DNA of 64,000 nt from Clostridia bacterium (lineage in GTDB: Bacteria; Bacillota; Clostridia; UMGS1840): positions 2,970 through 66,969 of the forward strand of contig JAZRFJ010000001.1 in NCBI GenBank assembly GCA_045661305.1, given 5' to 3'. This document shows, one piece after another, positions 27,765 to 36,099 of this stretch; the first letter of the stretch is position 1; each line of letters opens with the position of its first letter. Below the pieces are notes generated by a model that saw nothing but the letters and a program-made list of their open reading frames with translations, searched no databases and had not been told where the DNA came from. Position numbers and translations under genes: made by a program.

Positions 27765-28489
27765 ATCCTTTCTCTGCGTTTTTCACCGCCATATAGAAGT
27801 GCAATCAAATAAACATACTTTGCACCGTTTTCCTTTAAAATTTTTGCACATTCAGAGGCAGTTGCCCCTGAAGTTATAACATCATCAACAAGAAGCACCG
27901 TTTTCCCCGAAAGCTTCTTTTTAAAGCGTTTATTTATTATAAACGCACCTTTTATACTTTCATATCTTTCCTCTAACTTTTGCTTTGCCTGCTGTATATT
28001 CGATTTTTTTATAATAAGATTATCATACACTTTAAGCCCGAACTCTTTTGCAACAAGATGGCAAAGTTCAACTGCTGTACAATATTCCCTCTCGTGATAA
28101 TTTGTAATCACAGTAGGAACAGGAACTGAGAAATCACATTTAACATTCATCTTTCTAAACTGCAAAGACATAAGCTTTGATGCCGATTTTACTTTATAAT
28201 AATTCTTTCGGAATTTCATTTTTGTAAATGCTTCCAAAAAAGAGTCTTTATAAGGATACAATGCAATAGCACCGTCAAAATTCGGCGAAAGCTTATCACA
28301 GTATTCGCACAATATTTCCTCATGAGAAATAAGCCGTCTGTTACACAATGCACATTTTCTGTGAGAATTATAAATATCTACTTTCTCCCTACAGCTTTTG
28401 CAAAGACCATCTCCTGAATTAATCCTTTTGTCACACGAAAAGCATCTGTCAAAAGAAATAGAAAATAACTTCTTAATCTTCGTCCTCAC
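27761..28489 (-). CDS. comFC: ComF-family protein (ComFC-like phosphoribosyltransferase)
   Basis: 242 aa with N-terminal Cys-rich zinc fingers and a PRTase motif VLLVDDVITSGAT. Confidence 0.85.
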   Translation of the reverse strand: MRTKIKKLFSISFDRCFSCDKRINSGDGLCKSCREKVDIYNSHRKCALCNRRLISHEEILCEYCDKLSPNFDGAIALYPYKDSFLEAFTKMKFRKNYYKVKSASKLMSLQFRKMNVKCDFSVPVPTVITNYHEREYCTAVELCHLVAKEFGLKVYDNLIIKKSNIQQAKQKLEERYESIKGAFIINKRFKKKLSGKTVLLVDDVITSGATASECAKILKENGAKYVYLIALLYGGEKRRERM

Positions 28490-30683
28490 CTATAAGCTCC
28501 ATAACACAATCTATATTGTCTTTGTTTTTTTGTTTCAGTTCTTTTAGTCTGTATTTTAAATCATCGCAATAAGTTTGCCTGTTTTGTATTATTCTGTTAG
28601 CCTTTGCCAGGAAGCTTCTCTTTGTAAACTCAAGTATTCCTACATATGTGTCCTGTCCGAAATATTTCATAACGCTTTCTACTTTCGGGTCATAAGAAAT
28701 TCCAAGAGAAGGAACACCTGCTACAAAAGCATATATGAGCATATGAAGTCTCATTCCGACTACAAACTCACTTTTTTTAGCAAGTGCAATACACAATTCT
28801 GCACTCATTCTTCTTTCTATACAGATACTGCTTGTTTTTTTCGCCATTCTTCTGCAAAACTCAATGTCATGAGGATGCTGAAGCGGAATAAACACTGCTT
28901 CATAACCATGTTCTTTTTTAAGTTGCTTTATCGCATTTGTAAATTCATTTTCAAAAAGTGCTGCATCTTTCCATTCACGAAGAGAAACTATAATATATTT
29001 TTTTGAGAAAAGGTCATATCTGAAAAGTAAATCCTCTGCTTCTTCCATAGAAATTTCACTAAGTCCGACAGCAGGGTCACAGGTTACCTTAATTTTAGGA
29101 TTGAGAACACCCAATTCCTCCAAAAACTCTTTGGAATCAGGCTCCCTTAATGTAATAATATCTGTCTTGTTAAGAACATTTTTTGTTCTTTTTATATTTG
29201 ATTTCTTATTTACCGGTCCTATTCCATTTGCATAAAGCATAACCTTGTTATCATATTTTTTTGCAAGAAGAATAAGCGTAAGATAATAAAGAAGAGACTT
29301 TGTAGATGTAACATCCTGAATAACACTTCCGCCACCCGAAATAAAGAGTTTTGACTTTCTGAGTGCCTTTATAATTGCAAATATATTCCATCTGTTAAGT
29401 GCATTTACTTTATAAATATTTTTTGCTTCCTGCGGTTTATTTGAAAGAATTGTAATAGCCACATCAGGCTTTCTTTTTTTGATATCGCGGATAATCATTT
29501 TAAGTATTGCATCATCACCGCTGTTTGAAAAACCGTAATAACCTGAAAGTATAATTTCACCGCTTTTTTTCTCGCTTGAAAGTGCTTTATATATCTCTAC
29601 AGCATCGTCGCACATTTTTGATGCAGAAAAGTTTTCTTCGACAAGCTTTCTGATAGCTTCTACTGTACGGTTTTTTCTTTCTTTATCCATAAGATACGCA
29701 CTTGACACAGCCTCATAAACCTTTTTAGGAGTTATTTCAGGCAATTTTCTGCAAGTGAAATTTGAAATCATATTTTTTTCAAAATCTTTTTCCAAAAGAA
29801 CGCCATGATGCCCGTAGCTTCCTGTAAGAACAACTATTTTTCCTGCCATCATAGCCTCAAGTGCTGCCCTTGAAATTCCAACAAAGACATCGCAAATTTT
29901 TATAATATTATTAACATCCTGTCTTGCACCTGTGAGAATAACAGTTTTAGCGCGGGTCTTTTTATTAACGCTGTCAGCCATTTTTTTAAGTTCAATGTAA
30001 GCTTCGCCATCTCCCACAAGAATAATCTGCACATTTTTCAAAGTCTTGTTTAAATCTTCGGCCTGTTTAACAAGCGCAAACATACTTTCACAATTTGACC
30101 TCTCCATACGGCAGACACACACAATCTTTTTTGAATCCTTTTTAAGTGGAAATTCATCATACAGATAGCCATAATCCGAATTATCTAAAAACGGTTGTGG
30201 GTCTATCCCATTTACAGTTGTAACAACATCTTTTGCCTTTACACGGCTGTTTTTTATAAGATGTCTTCTTAAATCATCAGAAACAGCAAGATTTTTTTCG
30301 CCCCATACAGAAAATTTTTCAATAAATTTATTTTTGGTAAATGAAAAATGAAGTGTTGAAACGAAACCAAAATCATATTTTAATCTAAGAAGCTTTATAA
30401 TAAAATTAGGTATTCTTGCATGAGAATGAACAATGTCGAACTTTTCTTCGCGTATGGATTTAGAAAGAGTTTTATATGAGGTTATAAGTGCTTTTGGTGT
30501 TTTTGATGTAAGCGGTGCATAAATATGCCCTATTCCCTCTCTTTTAAGCACATCAACATAGACACCGCCCTCGGACGCTACCTTAACATAATATCCTCTT
30601 TTATGTAACTCTCTGGCAAGCTCTAAAATGTGAGTTTCTGCTCCGCCGATGTCCATTCGCATGGAAACAAGTAATATCCTCAT
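28473..30683 (-). CDS. csaB: fusion of GT4-family glycosyltransferase (N) and polysaccharide pyruvyl transferase CsaB (C)
   Basis: 736 aa. The N-terminal half is GT4-like (MRILLVSMRMDIGGAETH). The C-terminal half is CsaB-like (GYYGFSNSGDDAIL.., SGGGSVIQD, GMRLHMLIYA). Confidence 0.8.
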   Translation of the reverse strand: MRILLVSMRMDIGGAETHILELARELHKRGYYVKVASEGGVYVDVLKREGIGHIYAPLTSKTPKALITSYKTLSKSIREEKFDIVHSHARIPNFIIKLLRLKYDFGFVSTLHFSFTKNKFIEKFSVWGEKNLAVSDDLRRHLIKNSRVKAKDVVTTVNGIDPQPFLDNSDYGYLYDEFPLKKDSKKIVCVCRMERSNCESMFALVKQAEDLNKTLKNVQIILVGDGEAYIELKKMADSVNKKTRAKTVILTGARQDVNNIIKICDVFVGISRAALEAMMAGKIVVLTGSYGHHGVLLEKDFEKNMISNFTCRKLPEITPKKVYEAVSSAYLMDKERKNRTVEAIRKLVEENFSASKMCDDAVEIYKALSSEKKSGEIILSGYYGFSNSGDDAILKMIIRDIKKRKPDVAITILSNKPQEAKNIYKVNALNRWNIFAIIKALRKSKLFISGGGSVIQDVTSTKSLLYYLTLILLAKKYDNKVMLYANGIGPVNKKSNIKRTKNVLNKTDIITLREPDSKEFLEELGVLNPKIKVTCDPAVGLSEISMEEAEDLLFRYDLFSKKYIIVSLREWKDAALFENEFTNAIKQLKKEHGYEAVFIPLQHPHDIEFCRRMAKKTSSICIERRMSAELCIALAKKSEFVVGMRLHMLIYAFVAGVPSLGISYDPKVESVMKYFGQDTYVGILEFTKRSFLAKANRIIQNRQTYCDDLKYRLKELKQKNKDNIDCVMELIGEDED

Positions 30684-30719
30684 TTTAAAAAATTCACCTT
30701 TTCTTTTTTACCACCAAAA

Positions 30720-31355
30720 TTATCTTCTGAAGTCCTCATCATTTTCGTCTGCTACATCAAGCCTTACAGGAAGAAACTTGAAAACCTCTATTCCCTCTTC
30801 TAAAAGTGCTTTTCTTATAAGCATAGGGTTGAGATTTTTACTCTGGCCACAGGCAAGAACACACTTGATACATAAATTCTCCTCATTTTTTTCAAGAGAA
30901 ATTTCATATATATAATCCCTAAGATTTATAGTCTTTATTTTTCCCTTTGCTTTTTTTTCAACATTTATTTCACTCTTATTGAAAAAATCTAAAAGCTTTT
31001 CATCACACGAAGTTCTTATTTCAATTTCATAAAAAGCTTTATGACTGGAATTAAAACTCTTTTCGTAGTCTATATGTAATTTTTTAATCAAAATACCATT
31101 TGGTGATGCTTTTTGAAGTCTTGAAAATATTTCTTCCTCGCTCATATCCTTTGTAAGCTCAAAATCAGCAAACTCGCTTTTTCCGCAAACCCCAACAGGA
31201 ATAGGATTTGCCACAGAAAGGACAATATGGGGATTATATCCATTTGAATATTTTAAGGGAAGCTCTGCCCTTTTTAAAATTTTCCCCATCGCTTTCATAA
31301 GCTCTAAATGGGAAATATATCTTATATTCTTTTCAAATTCAAGTCTTATTTTCAT
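30720..31355 (-). CDS. DUF2344/TIGR03936-like radical-SAM-associated protein
   Basis: 211 aa. The N-terminus IRYISHLELMKAMGKILKRAELPLKYSNGYNPH is typical of this family. Confidence 0.7.
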   Translation of the reverse strand: MKIRLEFEKNIRYISHLELMKAMGKILKRAELPLKYSNGYNPHIVLSVANPIPVGVCGKSEFADFELTKDMSEEEIFSRLQKASPNGILIKKLHIDYEKSFNSSHKAFYEIEIRTSCDEKLLDFFNKSEINVEKKAKGKIKTINLRDYIYEISLEKNEENLCIKCVLACGQSKNLNPMLIRKALLEEGIEVFKFLPVRLDVADENDEDFRR

Positions 31356-31392
31356 TTCATACCCTCAGCCTTTGATAACTTTTTTCAAAGTA

Positions 31393-32130
31393 TTACAGTT
31401 CTTCTTTCTTCAGATTAAGTACATAAGCCTTTGCCTTCATAGCAAGCTCATCATTTATCGGAAGAAGGTCGATATCTTCGTTATATTTTCTTAAAATTGC
31501 TTTTTTTATAAGTGCATCTGCAAATTCAGGATTTTTTGGCAAAAGTGGACCGTGAAGATTTGTTCCGAAAATATTTTTATACCAAATGCCCTCTTTTTTA
31601 TCTTTTCCGTTGTTACCGTAACCTCTTATTACAGTTCCAAGAGGCATTGCATCATCACCAATGTATATTTTTTCAGTATGATTTTCAAAGCCTGCAATAA
31701 CACCGAACTGTGTATCTATGCATACATTCCCCATAAGCTTTTTATCACCTTGCTGACTTTTCTCTACACGCATATCACAAATTCCGAGTCCCTCTGTTTT
31801 CTCATCCTGTAAAAAATAATAATTTCCAAGAAGCTGACAGCTGTCGCATACAAATAACATTACTCCGTCATTATCACGATAAGAAATAAACTCATCCTTG
31901 AATGAAAGGAGCTTATCACCTGCTTTTTTCAGGTCCTTTTCACTTCCACCGCCTAAAAAAACAATATCTGCATCTTTTAAATCTATTTCATCGTCTATAT
32001 TAACAGAAATGATATTAACATCAATTCCCCGAAGTTGGCATCTCTTTTTTAACACAACAATATTTCCCACATCACCGTAAAGGTTCATAATTTCAGGAAA
32101 AAGATGAACTATATTGAGCGTTTTTTCCAT
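31393..32130 (-). CDS. gatD: lipid II isoglutaminyl synthase, glutaminase subunit GatD
   Basis: CobQ/CobB-type GATase (LFPEIMNLYGD, CDSCQLLG, ENHT). It lies directly downstream of murT. I moved the start to ATG 32130. Confidence 0.85.
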   Translation of the reverse strand: MEKTLNIVHLFPEIMNLYGDVGNIVVLKKRCQLRGIDVNIISVNIDDEIDLKDADIVFLGGGSEKDLKKAGDKLLSFKDEFISYRDNDGVMLFVCDSCQLLGNYYFLQDEKTEGLGICDMRVEKSQQGDKKLMGNVCIDTQFGVIAGFENHTEKIYIGDDAMPLGTVIRGYGNNGKDKKEGIWYKNIFGTNLHGPLLPKNPEFADALIKKAILRKYNEDIDLLPINDELAMKAKAYVLNLKKEEL

Positions 32131-32146
32131 ATTTATAACATTCCTT

Positions 32147-33511
32147 TCAATATATTTTATCCTGTGTGCCATGTTCTTTTCTGTACTGCTTTAATTTTTT
32201 ATTTAAGTTTTTATGAGCATCAAATATCAGTGTATAGTTAACAACAACATACACAACCTCAGCCTCGGTACGAAGCATTTCCATTGCACCCTCGGTCGGG
32301 TCTTCAAATACTTTTGGCTCATCACAAACATCTGCATAGTAAAGTCTTAACGCAACATCATATTTTCTTCTTCCCGAAACACCGTAACCGCAAAGATTTT
32401 TCAGCTTTTCAAATTCAACATCGTAAAGCCAGGAAATATCTGTTCCATCACTTTCAAAATCATTTACACCTATAATAACAGCTTTTTTTCTTTTATCATT
32501 CTCAATTGCTGAAATTGCCTGATTGAAGCCGGCAGGATTTTTTGCGAGATTAAGAATTACAGGCTTTGTGAAGTGAAATTCTTCCATTCTCCCTACCTGT
32601 GTTTCATATTCCCTGAAAATATTTGTATAGTTTGATATATAAAGTCCGATAGTTTCGCATACACTTATTGCTGCAAGCATGTTATAGATATTATAAAAAC
32701 CGTAAGTATTTGAATGAACTTCAAATTTATCATTCAGTTTAAAGCTTACTTGTCCGTCAGAATTAACCTCTGTTGCGAAATAGTCCGGCTCATTTCTTGA
32801 AAAATCGCACTCTGGACAGGAATATTTTCCCAACTGGCTGTAATGGTGATATTCATAAGAAAGCTCTGAACCGCATTTTAAACAGAATTTGCCTTCATTT
32901 GTTTCAGCTTCATCGTTTGTGCTTTTTTCATTTATTCCGTAACGAACTACCTTGTTCTCGCAAATAAAGGAAAAATAATTTGAAACAGGGTCATCTGCAT
33001 TTAGGATAAGTGTTGCATCGGGTGCTTTATCAATCGCAATTTTTATCTGTTTCGCTGTAAGCTCTGTATCACCGTATCTGTCAAGCTGGTCTCTGAAAAG
33101 ATTTGTAATCACAATATAATCGGGTGAAATATGGTCAAAAACTATCTTTGCACTCGCTTCGTCAATTTCGATAACTGCCCATTCTGCATCAAGTTTCCCA
33201 AAAATATTTGTTTTTTCTAAAAACGCAGTTACAACACCAAAGAGCATATTTGCACCGACTTTATTGCAGACAGTCTTTGCTCCTGTAGATTCGATAATGG
33301 TATTTATCATATTATTTGTAGTCGTTTTTCCGTTTGTCCCAAGAGTACATATAATACCTTTATGTATCTTCGGAGAAATTAACTTCAATATATCAGGACA
33401 GATTTTCATAGCAATCTGTCCCGGCAGAGATGAACCGGCTTTCCCCAAAATTCTCCCTGCAATTATTAAAAGCTTACATACAATTACAGATAAACTTAAT
33501 TTAAAATTCAT
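32147..33511 (-). CDS. murT: lipid II isoglutaminyl synthase, ligase subunit MurT
   Basis: Mur-ligase P-loop GTNGKTTT, a Cys4 ribbon (CLKCG..CPECD) and a DUF1727-type C-terminus. I set the start at ATG 33511, which has a GGAGG RBS. Confidence 0.9.
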   Translation of the reverse strand: MNFKLSLSVIVCKLLIIAGRILGKAGSSLPGQIAMKICPDILKLISPKIHKGIICTLGTNGKTTTNNMINTIIESTGAKTVCNKVGANMLFGVVTAFLEKTNIFGKLDAEWAVIEIDEASAKIVFDHISPDYIVITNLFRDQLDRYGDTELTAKQIKIAIDKAPDATLILNADDPVSNYFSFICENKVVRYGINEKSTNDEAETNEGKFCLKCGSELSYEYHHYSQLGKYSCPECDFSRNEPDYFATEVNSDGQVSFKLNDKFEVHSNTYGFYNIYNMLAAISVCETIGLYISNYTNIFREYETQVGRMEEFHFTKPVILNLAKNPAGFNQAISAIENDKRKKAVIIGVNDFESDGTDISWLYDVEFEKLKNLCGYGVSGRRKYDVALRLYYADVCDEPKVFEDPTEGAMEMLRTEAEVVYVVVNYTLIFDAHKNLNKKLKQYRKEHGTQDKIY

Positions 33512-33585
33512 AGCCAACCTCCAAAGGAAATTGAAAACATCTGGTTTTCCTTTTTTATTTTTTCTCAAAATAATACAGCACTCGG

Positions 33586-35256
33586 CTATACTTCCATAAT
33601 AACAGGAAGTATCATAGGTGTTCGTTTTGTTTCCTTATTAAAATACATTCCAAGTGCAGATTTTATCTCGCTTTTTAAAGTAGCCCAGTCTGTAACATTT
33701 CTTTCCAATAGCGCATCAAGTGTTTCCTTTGAAATACGCCTTGTTTCCTCCATTAGCTCTTCGCTTTCTCTCATATAAACAAATCCTCTTGATATAACAT
33801 CAGGACCTGCAATAATCTGATGCGTCTGTGCGGAAATAGAAACAACAACAACGATAAGACCGTCTTGCGCAAGATGCTTTCTGTCACGGATTACAATATT
33901 TCCTACATCACCCACAGAAAGACCGTCTACAAATATCTGTCCGCTTGTAACACTACCTGCTATTTTAGCATTGTTCGCATCAATCTCAAGAATATTTCCG
34001 TTTTGAAGTATAAATATATTTTCATCCTTTATACCAACTTTAAGTGCAAGCTCTCTGTGATTTAAAAGATGCTTATACTCTCCGTGAACAGGCATGAAAT
34101 ATTTTGGCTTTGCAAGTGCAAGAATAAGCTTAAGCTCTTCCTGACAAGCATGCCCTGAAACATGAACATCAGCTACATTATCATATAATACCGTTGCACC
34201 TTTTTTAAAAAGTCCGTTTATTACTGTTGCAACAAGCTTTTCATTACCAGGAATAGGATTTGCACTTAAAACAACAAGGTCGTTTTTGTCTATTTCCACT
34301 TTTTTATGACCTGAAAATGCCATCCTGTGAAGACCACTCATAGGCTCGCCCTGAGAGCCTGTTGTTATTATAGTGATATTTTCATCGTTATATTTTTTTA
34401 TATCATCAAGACTGATTAGTGTTCCGTGCGGAACATCCATATATCCAAGTTCCATTGCAACCTGCAAAATATTTTCCATACTTCTTCCTGAAACTGCAAC
34501 TTTTCTGTTGTATCTCACAGAAGCATTTATTATCTGCTGTACCCTATGAACATTTGACGCAAAGGTTGCAATAATAATTCTCTTATCCGGATTAGTGAGA
34601 AAAATATTGTTAAGTGCTTTACCAACTGTACTTTCACTCTGTGTAGAGCCTGGTCTTTCGGCATTTGTAGAGTCCGACATTAAAAGCAAAATTCCTTTTT
34701 TTCCAAGTGTTCCTATTCTTGTAAGGTCAATCATTTCATCTGAAACAGGCGTTGCGTCAATTTTGAAATCACCCATATGGAGTATAGTTCCAAGAGGTGT
34801 ATGAACAGCAATCGCAACAGAATCTGCTATTGAATGGTTAGTATGAATAAATTCTACACTCATACTTCCAAAAGAAATTGTATCTCCTGCATGAATCTGA
34901 TTAAGCTTTGCACTTGATACTAAATTATGCTCCTTTAATTTAAAACGGACAAGTCCTATTGTAAGCATCGTTCCAAAAATGGGAAGCTCCGGCAATTGCT
35001 TTAACAAATAAGGGATGCTTCCTATATGGTCCTCATGACCATGAGTAATAACAAGTGCTTTTATCTTATTCTTATTTTTTATAACATAAGAAAAATCAGG
35101 TATAACAAGGTCTACCCCTAAAAGCTCCTCGTCAGGAAATGCAATCCCGCAATCAATTATAATGCTCGAATCCCCATATTCTACCACAGTGAAGTTTTTT
35201 CCGATTTCATTAAGTCCGCCCAATGGGATAACTCTTACTTTTTTATTTTTTGACAC
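33586..35256 (-). CDS. rnj: ribonuclease J
   Basis: 556 aa, metallo-beta-lactamase/beta-CASP family (HGHEDHIG). Confidence 0.95.
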   Translation of the reverse strand: MSKNKKVRVIPLGGLNEIGKNFTVVEYGDSSIIIDCGIAFPDEELLGVDLVIPDFSYVIKNKNKIKALVITHGHEDHIGSIPYLLKQLPELPIFGTMLTIGLVRFKLKEHNLVSSAKLNQIHAGDTISFGSMSVEFIHTNHSIADSVAIAVHTPLGTILHMGDFKIDATPVSDEMIDLTRIGTLGKKGILLLMSDSTNAERPGSTQSESTVGKALNNIFLTNPDKRIIIATFASNVHRVQQIINASVRYNRKVAVSGRSMENILQVAMELGYMDVPHGTLISLDDIKKYNDENITIITTGSQGEPMSGLHRMAFSGHKKVEIDKNDLVVLSANPIPGNEKLVATVINGLFKKGATVLYDNVADVHVSGHACQEELKLILALAKPKYFMPVHGEYKHLLNHRELALKVGIKDENIFILQNGNILEIDANNAKIAGSVTSGQIFVDGLSVGDVGNIVIRDRKHLAQDGLIVVVVSISAQTHQIIAGPDVISRGFVYMRESEELMEETRRISKETLDALLERNVTDWATLKSEIKSALGMYFNKETKRTPMILPVIMEV

Positions 35257-35379
35257 AAATAAACCTCCATAAAATTATTTTTTCCGTTCGTATTTTTAAA
35301 AAAACTCACACAAAAAAGTGTGTTTTTATAATTCAGATGTATTATTCCCTTTTTTTAACACTTTTATAAATCTGAATTT

Positions 35380-35931
35380 TTATTTCTTCATTAATTTTAT
35401 ATTACGCATAACATAAAGAACAAACGACATACACATAACAAAAGCACAAATTGTTACAAACAAATCTGAAATATGAGGCGGTATATCATACCACAGCATA
35501 TGTACAATCATCATTGCATAAAGGGTACAGGTAGAAAGCTTTCCGTGCCAGTCAGCACCTTTAACCTCACCTGATTTGTTTATACCGATAATTCCTGTTA
35601 CAGCGGTAACAATTTCTTTCACACTTAAAAGCAAAAAAAGATACATCATCTTTGTAAACCTTGAAAAGAGACAAAGAAGCATTGCTGCCTGGGTAAGCTT
35701 ATCCATAATAGGGTCAAGGATTTTCCCAAAATCTGAAACCATATTGAATTTTCTAGCGATAAATCCGTCCAGAACATCTGTAAGCCCTGAAAGAAGCACC
35801 AGTATAACTGTCAACGAAAAATTATCATATTTCAAATAAGTTATAACAATTACAGGTATCAACAGCAATCTGAAAAAGCTGAGCATATTTGGTATTGTTA
35901 ATATATCTTCTTTAGAGAATTTCAACTTCAT
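35380..35931 (-). CDS. CDP-alcohol phosphatidyltransferase family protein (PgsA-like)
   Basis: 183 aa with the motif DGFIARK..x..G..LDPIMDK. Confidence 0.85.
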   Translation of the reverse strand: MKLKFSKEDILTIPNMLSFFRLLLIPVIVITYLKYDNFSLTVILVLLSGLTDVLDGFIARKFNMVSDFGKILDPIMDKLTQAAMLLCLFSRFTKMMYLFLLLSVKEIVTAVTGIIGINKSGEVKGADWHGKLSTCTLYAMMIVHMLWYDIPPHISDLFVTICAFVMCMSFVLYVMRNIKLMKK

Positions 35932-36050
35932 TTTCTTTCTCGCTTTCCATACACAAATTAGTGTTTAAAGTACCAACTTTGTGCAATTTCTCATATTTTA
36001 GTATAGCACATTTATAAAATTATGTCAAGCATTCTTCACACAAAAGACAC

Positions 36051-36092
36051 AAAAAAGAAGATTGCAACAAAACCATTGCGTTTTGCTGCAAT
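36051..36092 (-). terminator. rho-independent terminator of the 684-aa membrane protein gene
   Basis: A 13-bp stem (attgcaacaaaac/gttttgctgcaat, one mismatch) is followed by a U-rich tract on the - strand. Confidence 0.65.
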
Positions 36093-36099
36093 TCTCCTT

